A model generated the notes under the pieces. The model saw only the letters and a program-made list of their open reading frames with translations, was not told the origin of the DNA and searched no databases. DNA of 64,000 nt from Eledone cirrhosa (lineage: Eukaryota). Below, piece by piece: positions 36,494-48,300 of this stretch. How positions within the stretch are numbered: the stretch's first letter is position 1; every line of letters begins with the position of its first letter. The translations under genes and the position numbers were made by a program. The stretch lies in NCBI GenBank assembly GCA_964016885.1, contig OZ024742.1:371132001-371196000 (forward strand), written 5' to 3'.

Positions 36494-36744
36494 GTAGGAT
36501 TTGGGTTTTTTTTTTTTTTTTTACAGGCATTTTTAAAATTCTTTTTCTGGCTTCATTCATTTAACTTGAGCAATGGTGGGTCGCTTGAAGGGTTTTGACC
36601 AGTAATATCAATTCCAGTACTTGTTATTTTTCGAGCTTAATATGTACTTTATCAATATTTTTCAGCAAACTGCTAAGTTATATAAACAGACGTGTAAGCC
36701 CCTTCCTTACACAAACACACGCTCACAACTCGGTTCTAAATTGT

Positions 36745-36925
36745 TTACTTTATAAATGACTGAAATAGTTGCAATTGATCTCCGTTCTGAACTTTCTACT
36801 TTATACATGACTGAAATAGCTACAGTTGATCCCCGTTCTGAACTTTCTACTTTATACATGACTGAAATAGCTACAGTTGATCCCCTGTTCTGGACTTTCT
36901 ACTTTATACATGACTGAAATTGCTA
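36745..36925. repeat. ~51-bp tandem repeat (about 3.5 copies), with related inverted copies at 36970-37075
   Basis: Unit TGACTGAAATAGCTACAGTTGATCCCCGTTCTGAACTTTCTACTTTATACA. Confidence 0.8.
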
Positions 36926-37209
36926 CTAATGTAAGTACAAATGTGTGTAAGGAGTTGAAATAGCTACAATTGTAACTATTTTTGTCATTTATGAAGTAGA
37001 AAATTCAGAAATTGAGAACAATTAACCTGAGCTTTGAATTTTCTACTTAATAATTGACAAAAATAGTTACAACTAAACTCAGCTGACAGCCTTCTATTAT
37101 ATATTGCTCACCTAACAATGGTTAGTTTAATTATGTTTAAAGGGTTTAAAATATTGTATATTACCTTTTTATTTTTTCATTGGTATAATTTTGATTTTAA
37201 TTTCCTCAG

Positions 37210-37272
37210 CGTCTTCGAGTTGAAATGGAAGATTTGGCCATTCAGCAGAACACATTTGAAAAGGCAGTAAAG
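37210..37272 (+). CDS. mTOR: mTOR coding exon 6 (not in ORF track)
   Basis: tttcctcag acceptor. RLRVEMEDLAIQQNTFEKAVK matches vertebrate RLREEMEEITQQQ. AAG|GTGTGT donor. 21 codons. Confidence 0.88.
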
Positions 37273-38240
37273 GTGTGTATCATGTTACTACCATTCTTGT
37301 ACTTGTTGCTGTTGTAATCAAAGGCATTTGGACTAGTGACTAAAGTGTTGGACTCACAATCCTGAGGTCATGGGTTCCATTCCTAGACCAAGCAGTGTTA
37401 TATTCTTGAGCGAGGTCCTTCATCTCATGCCGCTTTTCATGGTATCTTTCAAATACCCAAGAAACCTATGAGATGCAACCTCGTAAGGGACCCACTAAAC
37501 CTGCATGGATGTGGGCTGTAAATTTCATTATAATTGACATAAACATCACTTTCATCAGTTCTTCCTTGTTTAAATAGAATACTTTAGTAGCTATCACATT
37601 CTCTTTCATTACTTCCTCCTATTACTGTTCCCCCCATCACACTCCCTTCCTCTCTCTTAGTCATCACTCCCTTCCCTTCACTCCTTGTCATGTTTACCTT
37701 GAAAGAGAATAGACTGAAGAGTAGAGAGGACTCTAGATTTACTGGAGAAAAGATAACTCTTTTAGTGCTGGTTCTATGATACAATACATTCACTTCACCC
37801 TATGAAGTAGTTGGCATTTGAATCGAGACAACTTGATATAGAGGACATGAGTTCTTTCACACTGGTGCCATGATAAAATATACCCAGTGCAATATGTAAA
37901 GAGACTGGTGTTGAAATAGTGTTCAAAATGTATAGTAGAGAAAACTCTTCAGTTAGATTGAGGACATGAAAATCTCTATAGTGTTGGTGCCATGATAAAA
38001 TAGTGGTTGGTGTTAAGGAAGATATTCAGCTGCAGAAACCATGCCAAATATGGACCAGTCTAATTTTGGAAAATGGATGTAGAACAATGATGTGGACCTA
38101 TGGCAAGATATACATACTGCAACACACACTGAATCTAAATTGAAAAATATATTTTATAAGATTTGTTTCTATGGTCCCATTTTGATTCTTAAAAATCGAT
38201 TTCCTTTTTCTTTTCTTCATTACTAAAAAAATCATTTTAG

Positions 38241-38408
38241 GAATTCTCTCCACGCCGTAGATCCCCTGCCAATACCAGTGGCTTCCAACAACTGCATCAG
38301 AAGTCTCCTTTAATAGTCTTTGATGCAGCTCATACCTCTGCTCCTCAGAAGAGAGGTCTCTTTGAAAGTAGAGTTTGCAAAGAATTAATGACAAAAAACT
38401 ACGACAAG
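38241..38408 (+). CDS. mTOR: mTOR coding exon 7 (not in ORF track)
   Basis: ttttag acceptor. EFSPRRRSPANTSG...GLFESRVCKELMTKNYDK matches vertebrate LVESRCCRDLMEEKFDQ. AAG|GTTTGT donor. 56 codons. Confidence 0.9.
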
Positions 38409-38599
38409 GTTTGTACAATCTAAATTTACTCCCTTTCAACTTAATGGATTATTCTTCACTCACCATGAGCTAAAAAACATTTCATTATAATTCTATGTAA
38501 GAACCTTTAAGCTATACTCCATACACCAGCTTAGTTAATTATTTTACGAAATCCCTCCAAATTCTTGATTAATTTGGAAATTATTTCAAAATCATTGGT

Positions 38600-41500
38600 T
38601 ATATCTTTCTTTAGAAATATGGTAATGAAAATGTTAATGCCATAGTGTCTTTCATTAGAAATATGGTAATGAAAGGGTTAATGACATAGACAGTGTCTTT
38701 GATTAGAAATATGGTAATGAAAGAGTTAATGACATAGACAGTGTCTTTCATTAGAAATATGGTAATGAAAGGGTTAATGACATAGACAGTGTCTTTCATT
38801 AGAAGTATGGTAATGAAAGGGTTAATGACATAGACAGTGTCTTTCATTAGAAATATGGTAATGAAGGGTTAATGACATAGACAGTGTCTTTCATTAGAAA
38901 TATGGTAATGAAAGGGTTAATGACATAAACAGTGTCTTTCTTTAGAAATATGGTAATGAAAGGGTTAATGACATAGACAGTGTCTTTCTTCATTAGAATT
39001 ATGGTAATGAAAGGGTTAATGACATAGACAGTGTCTTTCATTAGAAATATGGTAATGAAAGGGTTAATGACATAGTGTCTTTCATGAGAAATATGGTAAT
39101 GAAAGGGTTAATGACATTGGTAGTGTCTTTCATTAGAAATATGGTAATGAAAGGGTTAATGACACAGTATCTTTCATTAGAAATATGGTAATGAAAGGGT
39201 TAATGACAAAAACAGTGTCTTTCATGAGAAATATGGTAATGGAAGGGTTAATGACATAGACAGTGTCTTTCATTAGAAATATGGTAATGAAAGGGTTAAT
39301 GACATAAAGTGTCTTTCATTAGAAATATGGTAATGAAAGGGTTAATGACATAGACAGTGTCTTTCGTTAGAAATATGGCAATGAAAGGGTTGATGACATA
39401 GTGTCTTTCAGTAGAAATATGGTAATGAAAGGGTTAATGACATAGACAGTGTCTTTCATTAGAAATATGGTAATGAAAGGGTTAATGACATAAACAGTGT
39501 CTTTCATTAGAAATATGGTAATGAAAGGGTTAATGACATAGACAGTGTCTTTCGTTAGAAATATGCTAATGAAAGGGTTAATGACATAAACAGTGTCTTT
39601 CATTAGAAATATGGTAATGAAAGGGTTAATGACGTAGACAGTGTCTTTCATTAGAAATAGGGTAATGAAAGGGTTAATGAGATAGTGTCTTGCATTAGAA
39701 ATATGGTAATGAAAGGGTTAATGACATAAACTGTCTTTCATTAGAAATATGGTAATGAAAGGGTTAATGACATACAGTATCTTTCATTAGAAATATGGTA
39801 ATGAAAGGGTTAATGACATAAACAGTGTCTTTCATTAGAAATATGGCAATGAAAGGGTTAATGACATAGACAGTGTCTTTCAGTAGAAATATGGTAATGA
39901 AAGGTTTAATGACATAGACTGTCTTTTGTTCGAAATATGGCAATGAAAGGGTTAATGACATAGACAGTGTCTTTCATTAGAAATATGGTAATGAAAGAGT
40001 TAATGACATAGTCAGTGTCTTTCGTTAGAAATATGGTAATGAAAGGGTTAATGACATAAATTGTCTTTCTTGAGAAATGTGTTAATGAAAGGGTTAATGA
40101 CATAAACAGTCTCTTTCATAAGAAATATGGTAATGAAGGGTTAATGACATAGACAATGTCTTTCATTAGAAATATGGTAATGAAAGGGTTAATGACAAAG
40201 ACAGTGTCTTTCATTACTCATATGGTAATGAAAGGGTTAATGACATAAACAGTGTCTTTCATTAGAAATATGGTAATGAAAGGGTTAATGACAAAGACAG
40301 TGTCTTTCATTACTAATATGGTAATGAAAGGGTTAATGACGTAGACAGTGTCTTTCATTAGAAATATGGTAATGAAGGGTTAATGACATAGACAATGTCT
40401 TTCATTAGAAATATGGTAATGAAAGGGTTAATGACATAAACTGTCTTTCATAAGAAATATGGTAATGAAAGGGTTAATGACATAAACATGGTCTTTCATT
40501 AGAGATATGGTAATGAAAGGGTTAATGACATAAACATGGTCTTTCATTAGAGATATGGTAATGAAAGGGTTAATGACATAAACAGGATCTTTCATTAGAA
40601 ATATGGTAATGAAAGGGTTAATGACAGAAACAGTGTCTTTCATTAGAAATATGGTAATGAAAGGGTTAATGATATAGTTAGTGTCTTTCATTAGAAATAT
40701 GGTAATGAAAGGGTTAATGACATAAACAGTGTCTTTCATTAGAAATATGGTAATGAAAGGGTTAATGATATAGTCAGTGTCTTTCATTAGAAATATGGTA
40801 ATGAAAGGGTTCATGACATAGACAGTGTCTTTCATTAGAAATATGGTAATGAAAGGGTTAATGACATAGACAGTGTCTTTCATTAGAAATATGGTAATGA
40901 AAGGGTTAATGACATAGACAGTGTCTTTCATTAGAAATATGGTAGTGAAGCATTAATGACATAAACAGTGTCTTTCATTAGAAATATGGTAATGAAAGGG
41001 TTAATGACAAAAACAGTGTCTTTCATTAGAAATATGGTAATGAAAGGGTTAATGACATAGACAGTGTCTTTCATTAGAAATATGGTAATGAAAGGGTTAA
41101 TGACATAAACAGTGTCTTTCTTTAGAAATATGGTAATGAAAGGGTTAATGACATAAACTGTCTTTCATTAGAAATATGGTAATGAAAGGGTTAATGACAT
41201 ACAGTATATTTCATTAGAAATATGGTAATGAAAGGGTTAATGACATAAACAGGGTCTTTCATTAGAAATATGGTAATGAAAGGGTTAATGATATAGACAG
41301 TGTCTTTCATTAGAAATATGGTAATGAAAGGGTTAATGACTTAGACAGTGTCTTTCATTAGAAATATGGTAATGAAAGGGTTGATGACATAGACAGTGTC
41401 CTTCATTAGTAATATGGTAATGAAAGGGTTAATGAAATAGACAGTGTCTTTCTTTAGAAATATGGTAATGAAAGGGTTAATGACATAAAGTGTCTTTCTT

Positions 41501-41785
41501 TAGAAATGTGTTAATGAAAGGGTTAATGACATAAACAGGGTCTTTCATTAGAAATATGATAATGAAAGGGTTAATGACAAACTGTCTTTCATTAGAAATA
41601 TGGTAATGAAAGGGTTAATGACAGTGTCTTTCATTAGAAATATGGTAATGAAAGGGTTAATGACATAAACAGTTGTCTTTCATTAGAAATATGGTAATGA
41701 AAGGGTTAATGACATAGACAGTGTCCTTCATTAGAAATATGGTAATGAAAAGGTTAATGACATAAACAGTGTCTTTCATTAGAAA
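38600..41785. repeat. 48-bp satellite, proximal block
   Basis: Monomer GACATA(G/A)ACAGTGTCTTTCATTAGAAATATGGTAATGAAAGGGTTAAT, preceded by a MITE family A body at ~38480-38600. Confidence 0.98.
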
Positions 41786-44700
41786 TCATCATCATCATCA
41801 TCAGGTTTAGCGTCCGTGTTCCACGCTTGCATGGGTTTGGACGGGGGTTTTCCCACTTGAGGCAAGAGTGGTTGTCTTGCTCGCATAGGACTGTCTGGCG
41901 GGTTTTCTACAGTTGGATGCCCTTCCTAACACCAACCACATTTACAGTGTGGGGCTGGGAGGTTTTTACCGTGTTGCCTACATGGCCACATTACAGCGTG
42001 GACTGTCTGGCGGGTTTTCTACAGCTGGATCCCCTTCCTAACACCAACCACATTTACAGTGTGGGGCTGGGAGGTTTTTACCGTGTTGCCTACACGGCCA
42101 CATTTACAGCGTGGACTGTGTGTTTTTTGTCGTGACACCTACACGATCTCATTTGTTTCGGCCTGGATGTTGTGGGACCAACATAACTTTACATTGAAAG
42201 GGGCGGTGTGGGTGGGGTGGAGGTGGTGGGACGGGGGTGTGTTTTGATAGAGATGCCTACTGACTGTAGTAGGTTTTTACTTTGTATTTAGGTAAGGCGG
42301 GTCTTCTCTATTACTGAGTACCGCCAAAGGTCTCGGTCCAGTGACATTGTCTTGGAGAGGTGTAAGCGTGTGAGGTCGGAATTTATCAGCTCGTCCCATG
42401 TTTTTCTGGGTCTGCCTACTCCGTGGCTACCGTCTATCTTTATTGCCCTGCACTTTGTTATACAGCTGTCGTCTTTCATGCGCATCACGTGACCGTACCA
42501 ACGTAGCCTTCTCTTGAGTAAACATCTGATCCCTCTTATTTCTAATTTTTTCCTTAGTTCGTTTATGCTTTGCCGTTCACGTATATTACTATTGCACATC
42601 CAGCGGAGCATGCAAGCTTCGTTCCTCTCTAGTCTGCGTATATCCTCTGCACACAATGCCCAGGTCTCACTGCCATGCAGCATTGCTGTTCGTATGCAGG
42701 CATCGTATAACCTGCCTTTCATTTTTAGGGAGAACCCTCTAGCGGCTAATAGTGGTATAAGCTCTCTGAACTTTTTCCATCCAGTTCTGACTCTAGCTAC
42801 TGTACTTTCAGAGCACCCTCCCCCACTGCTGATTTTGTCACCCAGATAACGGAAGCTGTCCACTATTTCTATAGAACCCTCTGCGCAGTTGAAGGAGCTA
42901 GTATTTTGTGGGCACTTGCTGCTACTTATTGCACCAGAGCACCGGCCACATGTAAAATCTATGTTCTTAGTTAGCTTACCTGTGATCCCACTACATCTTT
43001 TATGCACCCATACTTTGCATTTGGGACATAAAATGGAGTTTCTACCTACGCCTTTCCTACACACTGAGCATGGCCATTTCCCCGATGGGACCGCCGCCTT
43101 ATTTTCTTTCCTACAAACTAGAACTTTAGTCTTAGCCAGGTTAATTTTAAGGCCTTTTGATTCTAGGCCGTGCTTCCACGTTTGGAATTTCTTCTCTAGT
43201 TCGGTCATTGATTCAGCTATGAGCGTTAGATCATCTGCGTATAGGAGTTCCCATGGGCAGCCGGTCTTGAACTCCTCTGTTATAGCCTGAAGGGCAATAA
43301 TAAATAGTAGGGGGCTAAGTACAGAGCCCTGATGGACACCGACTTTTACGCTAAACTCTTCACTATATTCGTTGTTAATTCTAACCTTACTGACTGTTTC
43401 TTTATACATGGCTTGTATAGCTCTCACAAGCCATTCGTCAACACCTAGTTTTCTAAGAGACCACCAGATAATGGAACGGGGGACTCTGTCGAAGGCTTTC
43501 TCTAAGTCGACAAAAGCTAAGTATAGGGGTTTACTTTTAGCTAGGTACTTCTCCTGTAGTTGTCGTACAATGAAAAGAGCGTCTGTGGTACTTTTGCCTG
43601 ACACAAACCCGAACTGCATTTCATCTAGGTCAATTCTCTCTCTGATTAGTTGCGCTATTACTTTTTCCGTGACCTTCATGACCTGGTCGATTAATTTAAT
43701 GCCTCTATAGTTACTCCTATCTAGGGCATCTCCTTTTCCCTTATAGCAGTTAACGATGATGCTGCTACGCCATTCCTTCGGAACAACCCCATTCTGTACG
43801 ACTTGGTTAACTATCCGGGTGACCATGGTGTGTCCCACCGAACCAGATGCCTTCAGCATCTCAGCAACTATTTCCGAAGGCCCAGCCGCCTTACCCGTCT
43901 TCATATCTTTGATTGCCTTACTTATTATACTACCTTCAACTAACACTGCTGGTCCCTCTATTGGATCGATCTGGGGGAGACTGTATTTCTCCCATTTGTT
44001 CTCCTCATTTAGAAGCCTTTCGTAGTGACACTTCCAAGCTACCTTCTTATCAGCGTCGGTGATGGCAAGTATGCCATCATCGTTAAGTACACACTTCTCC
44101 CCGACAATATCACGGTTTTCCTTGACACATTGCCTGGCAATCCTGAACACCTCACGTTTTTGGTCCTCACGTTGTAGAACATGCTTGAACTTTCTTTCCT
44201 CTGCTTCCCTTCTTGCGAAGTACACTTGTCTCCTAGCTTCCCTCCTGGCCACTTGATAGTCTTCTCTACTTCCCCCATCCCGCCATACTTTCCAAGCCTG
44301 CTTTTTGGCCTTAATTTACCCCTCCACCTTACTGTTCCACCACCATGTTACTCTCCTCCTACCTACAGGCCTGCTCCAGCCACAGACTTCGTCTGCCGCC
44401 GTCAGCAGGTTTGCTCTCAGAAATTCCCACTGTTCCTCTATATTATACGACTCTAATTGCTCTTCCTTACTGTCGAAAGCGTCAAGTAATTTGCTTTGAA
44501 ATTTATTTCTGGCTATGGGGTCCTTTAGCTTCCATATTTTTCTCCTGAGGATAGTCCTCTTCCGCTGTCTAGTACGTCTCGTCCTGACTATGAGGTCGCT
44601 AATTATCAGTCTATGTTGGGAGGTGAATTCTTCATGGGGGTGGGATTTAGTGTTAACAACAGACACTCTGTCACGTCTTCTGGTAAGGATATAATCTACC

Positions 44701-45388
44701 TGGCTTGTGTGTTCCCCTGATCTATAGGTGATCAAGTGATTGTCTCGTTTTTTGAAGTTAGTGTTACAGATAGTTAAGTTATTTGCGTCGCAGAATTCCA
44801 GGATTCTGGAGCCTTCCTCATTTCTAGTACCGAACCCATAGCCTCCATGGATTCCGTCATAGCCGTCACAATGTTGTCCAACGTGACCATTTAGGTCGCC
44901 TGCAATAACTATATAGTCACTGTCGGTTATTTGGGAGGTAGCGAGCATCAGTGTCTCGTAGAATCTGTCTTTTATAGCGCGGGGCAGTCCGGATTGGGGT
45001 GCGTACGCAGATATTACTGTCACCGTAGTTTTATTGAGGACAAGTCTTATTTTAATTATTCTGTCGTTCACTCTATTTACGTCTATTATCTTATCTGCCC
45101 ACTTTTCTGCTACCATGATTCCTACCCCACCCAACCCATTGTCATTTCCCACCCAGAAAAGCTTATAGCATCGTTCTTTACCCACGATGAATCTAGCCGA
45201 CCCTCCCCTCCACCTGGTCTCTTGAATACAACAAACATCGACCTCCTTACGTTCAAGCATTTCTACAACCTCGTTAGAGCGACCCTTTAAGGTGCCTACA
45301 TTCATGGTACCAACTCTGAAGTTTTGGATTGCGTTTGGAGGGTGGGAGCGGGGGGGGGGGGGTTATGTTAGCCATCCTGGGCCGAAAC
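41786..45388 (-). mobile_element. Near-full-length RTE-clade LINE inserted in the satellite
   Basis: APE (MNVGTL, CCIQETRW, SAYAPQ, AGDLNGHVG, QVDYIL, SQH), RT and PHD. 3' UTR with an internal duplication. (TGA)n tail at 41786-41802. The satellite phase resumes at ~45389. Confidence 0.96.
42288..45305 (-). pseudogene. RTE APE-RT ORF with one in-frame premature stop
   Basis: ORFs 44316-45305 and 42288-44252 share a frame. TAA at 44316-44318 corresponds to TCA (Ser) in the sister copy near 13940. Confidence 0.9.
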
Positions 45389-48300
45389 AATATAGTAATA
45401 AAAGGGTTAATGATATAAAGTGTCTTTCTTTAGAAATATGGTAATGAAAGGGTTAATGACACAAACAGTGTCTTTCCTTAGAACTATGGTAATGAAAGGG
45501 CTAATGATATAGTCAGTGTCTTTCATTAAAAAATATGGTAATGAAAGGGTTAATGACATACAGGATATTTCATTAGAAATATGGTAATGAAAGGGTTAAT
45601 GATATAAACAGTTGTCTTTCATTAGAAATATGCTAATGAAAGGGTTAATGACATAAACAGTGTCTTTCTTTAGAAATATGGTAATGAAAGGGTTAATGAC
45701 ATAAACTGTCTTTCATTAGAAATATGGTAATGAAAGGGTTAATGACATACAGTATATTTCATTAGAAATATGGTAATGAAAGGGTTGATGACATAGACAG
45801 TGTCCTTCATTAGTAGTATGGTAATGAAAGGGTTAATGACATAAAGGGTCTTTCTTTAGAAATGTGTTAATGAAAGGGTTAATGACATAAACATCGTCTT
45901 TCATTAGAAATATGGTAATGAAAGGGTTAATGACATAAACAGTGTCTTTCTTTAGAAATATGGTAATGAAAGGGTTAATGACACAAACAGTGTCTTTCCT
46001 TAGAAATATGGTAATGAAAGGGATAATGACATAAACAGGGTCTTTCATTAGAAATATGGTAATGAAAGGGTTAATGACAGTGTCTTTCATTAGAAATATG
46101 GTAATGAAAGGGTTAATGACATAAACAGGGTCTTTCATTAGAAATATGGTAATGAAAGGGTTAATGATATTGACAGTGTCTTTCATTAGAAAGATTATAA
46201 TGAAAGGGTTAATGACATAAACAGTGTCTTTCATTAGAAATATGGTAATGAAAGGGTTAATGACATAGGCAGTGTCCTTCATTAGAAATATGGTAATGAA
46301 AAGGTTAATGACATAAACACTGTCTTTCATTAGAAATATGGTAATGAAAGGGTTAATGACATAGACAATGTCTTTCATTAGAAATATGGTAATGAAAGGG
46401 TTAATGAGTGTCTTTCATTAGAAATATGGTAATGAAAGGGTTAATTACATAGACAGTGTCTTTCATTAGAAATATGGTAATGAAAGGGTTAATGACATAA
46501 ACAGTGTCTTTTATTAGAAATATGGTAATGAAAGGGTTAATGACATAAACAGTGTCTTTCATTAGAAATATGGTAATGAAAGGGTTAATGATATAGTCAG
46601 TGTCTTTCATTAGAAATATGGTAATGAAAGGGTTTATGACATAGACAGTGTCTTTCATTAGAAATATGGTAATGAAAGGGTTAATGACATAAACAGCGTC
46701 TTTCATTAGAAATATGGTAATGAAAGGGTTAATGATATAGACAGTGTCTTTCATTAGAAATATGATAATGAAAGGGTTTATGACATAAACTGTCTTTCAT
46801 TAGAAATATGGTAATGAAAGGGTTAATGACAGTGTCTTTCATTAGAAATATGGTAATGAAAGGGTTAATGACATAAACAGTTGTCTGTCATTAGAAATAT
46901 GGTAATGAAAGAGTTAATGACATAGACCGTGTCTTTCATTAGAAATATGGTAATGAAAGGGTTAATGACATAAACTGTCTTTCATTAGAAATATGGTAAT
47001 GAAAGGGTTAATGACATAAACAGTCTTTCATTAGAAATATGGTAATGAAAGGGTTAATGACATAAACAGTCTTTCATTACAAATATGGTAATAAAGGGTT
47101 AATGACATAAACAGTGTCTTTCATTAGAAATATGGTAATGAAAGGGTTCATGACATAAACAGGGTCTTTCATTAGAAATATGATAATGAAAGGGTTAATG
47201 ACAGTGTCTTTCATTAGAAATATGGTAATGAAAGGGTTAATGAAATAAACAGTTGTCTTTCATTAGAAATATGGTAATGAAAGAGTTAATGACATAAACT
47301 GTCTTTCATTAGAAATATGGTAATGAAAGGGTTAATGACAGTGTCTTTCATTAGAAATATAGTAATGAAAGGGTTAATGACATAAACAGGGTCTTTCATT
47401 AGAAATATGGTAATGAAAGGGTTAATGACAGAAACGGTGTCTTTCATTAGAAATATGGTAATGAAAGGGTTAATGACAGAAACGGTGTCTTTCATTAGAA
47501 ATATGGTAATGAAAGGGTTAATGACAGAAACAGTGTCTTTCATTAGAAATATGGTAATGAAAGGGTTAATGACATAAACAGTGTCTTTCATTAGAAATAT
47601 GGTAATAAAGGGTTAATGACATAAACAGTGTCTTTCATTAGAAATATGGTAATGAAAGGGTTAATGACATAGACAGTGTCTTTCATTAGAAATATGGTAA
47701 TGAAAGGGTTAATGACATAAACAGGGTCTTTCATTAGAAATATGGTAATGAAAGGGTTAATGATATAGACAGTGTCTTTCAGAAGAAATATGGTTATGAA
47801 GGGTTAATGACATAAACAGTGTCTTTCATTAGAAATATAGTAATGAAAGGGTTAATGACATAGACAGTGTCTTTCATTAGAAATATGGTAATGAAAGGGT
47901 TAATGACATAAACTGTCTTTCATTAGAAATATGGTAATGAAAGGGTTAATGACAGTGTCTTTCATTAGAAATATGGTAATGAAAGGGTTAATGACATAAA
48001 CAGTTGTCTTTCATTAGAAATATGGTAATGAAAGAGTTAATGACATAGACAGTGTCTTTCATTAGAAATATGGTAATGAAAGGGTTAATGACATAAACTG
48101 TCTTTCATTAGAAATATGGTAATGAAAGGGTTAATGACATAAACAGGGTCTTTCATTAGAAATATGGTAATGAAAGGGTTAATGACATACAGTATCTTTC
48201 ATTAGAAATATGGTAATGAAAGCGTTAATGACATAAACAGGGTCTTTCATTAGAAATATGGTAATGAAAGGGTTAATGACATAAACAGTGTCTTTCATTA

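Noticed and set aside
44316-44318. Rescue of the RTE premature stop by A-to-I editing
   Set aside because: UAA needs both adenosines edited to read as Trp, and single edits remain stops. The sister copy has TCA, so a point mutation explains it.
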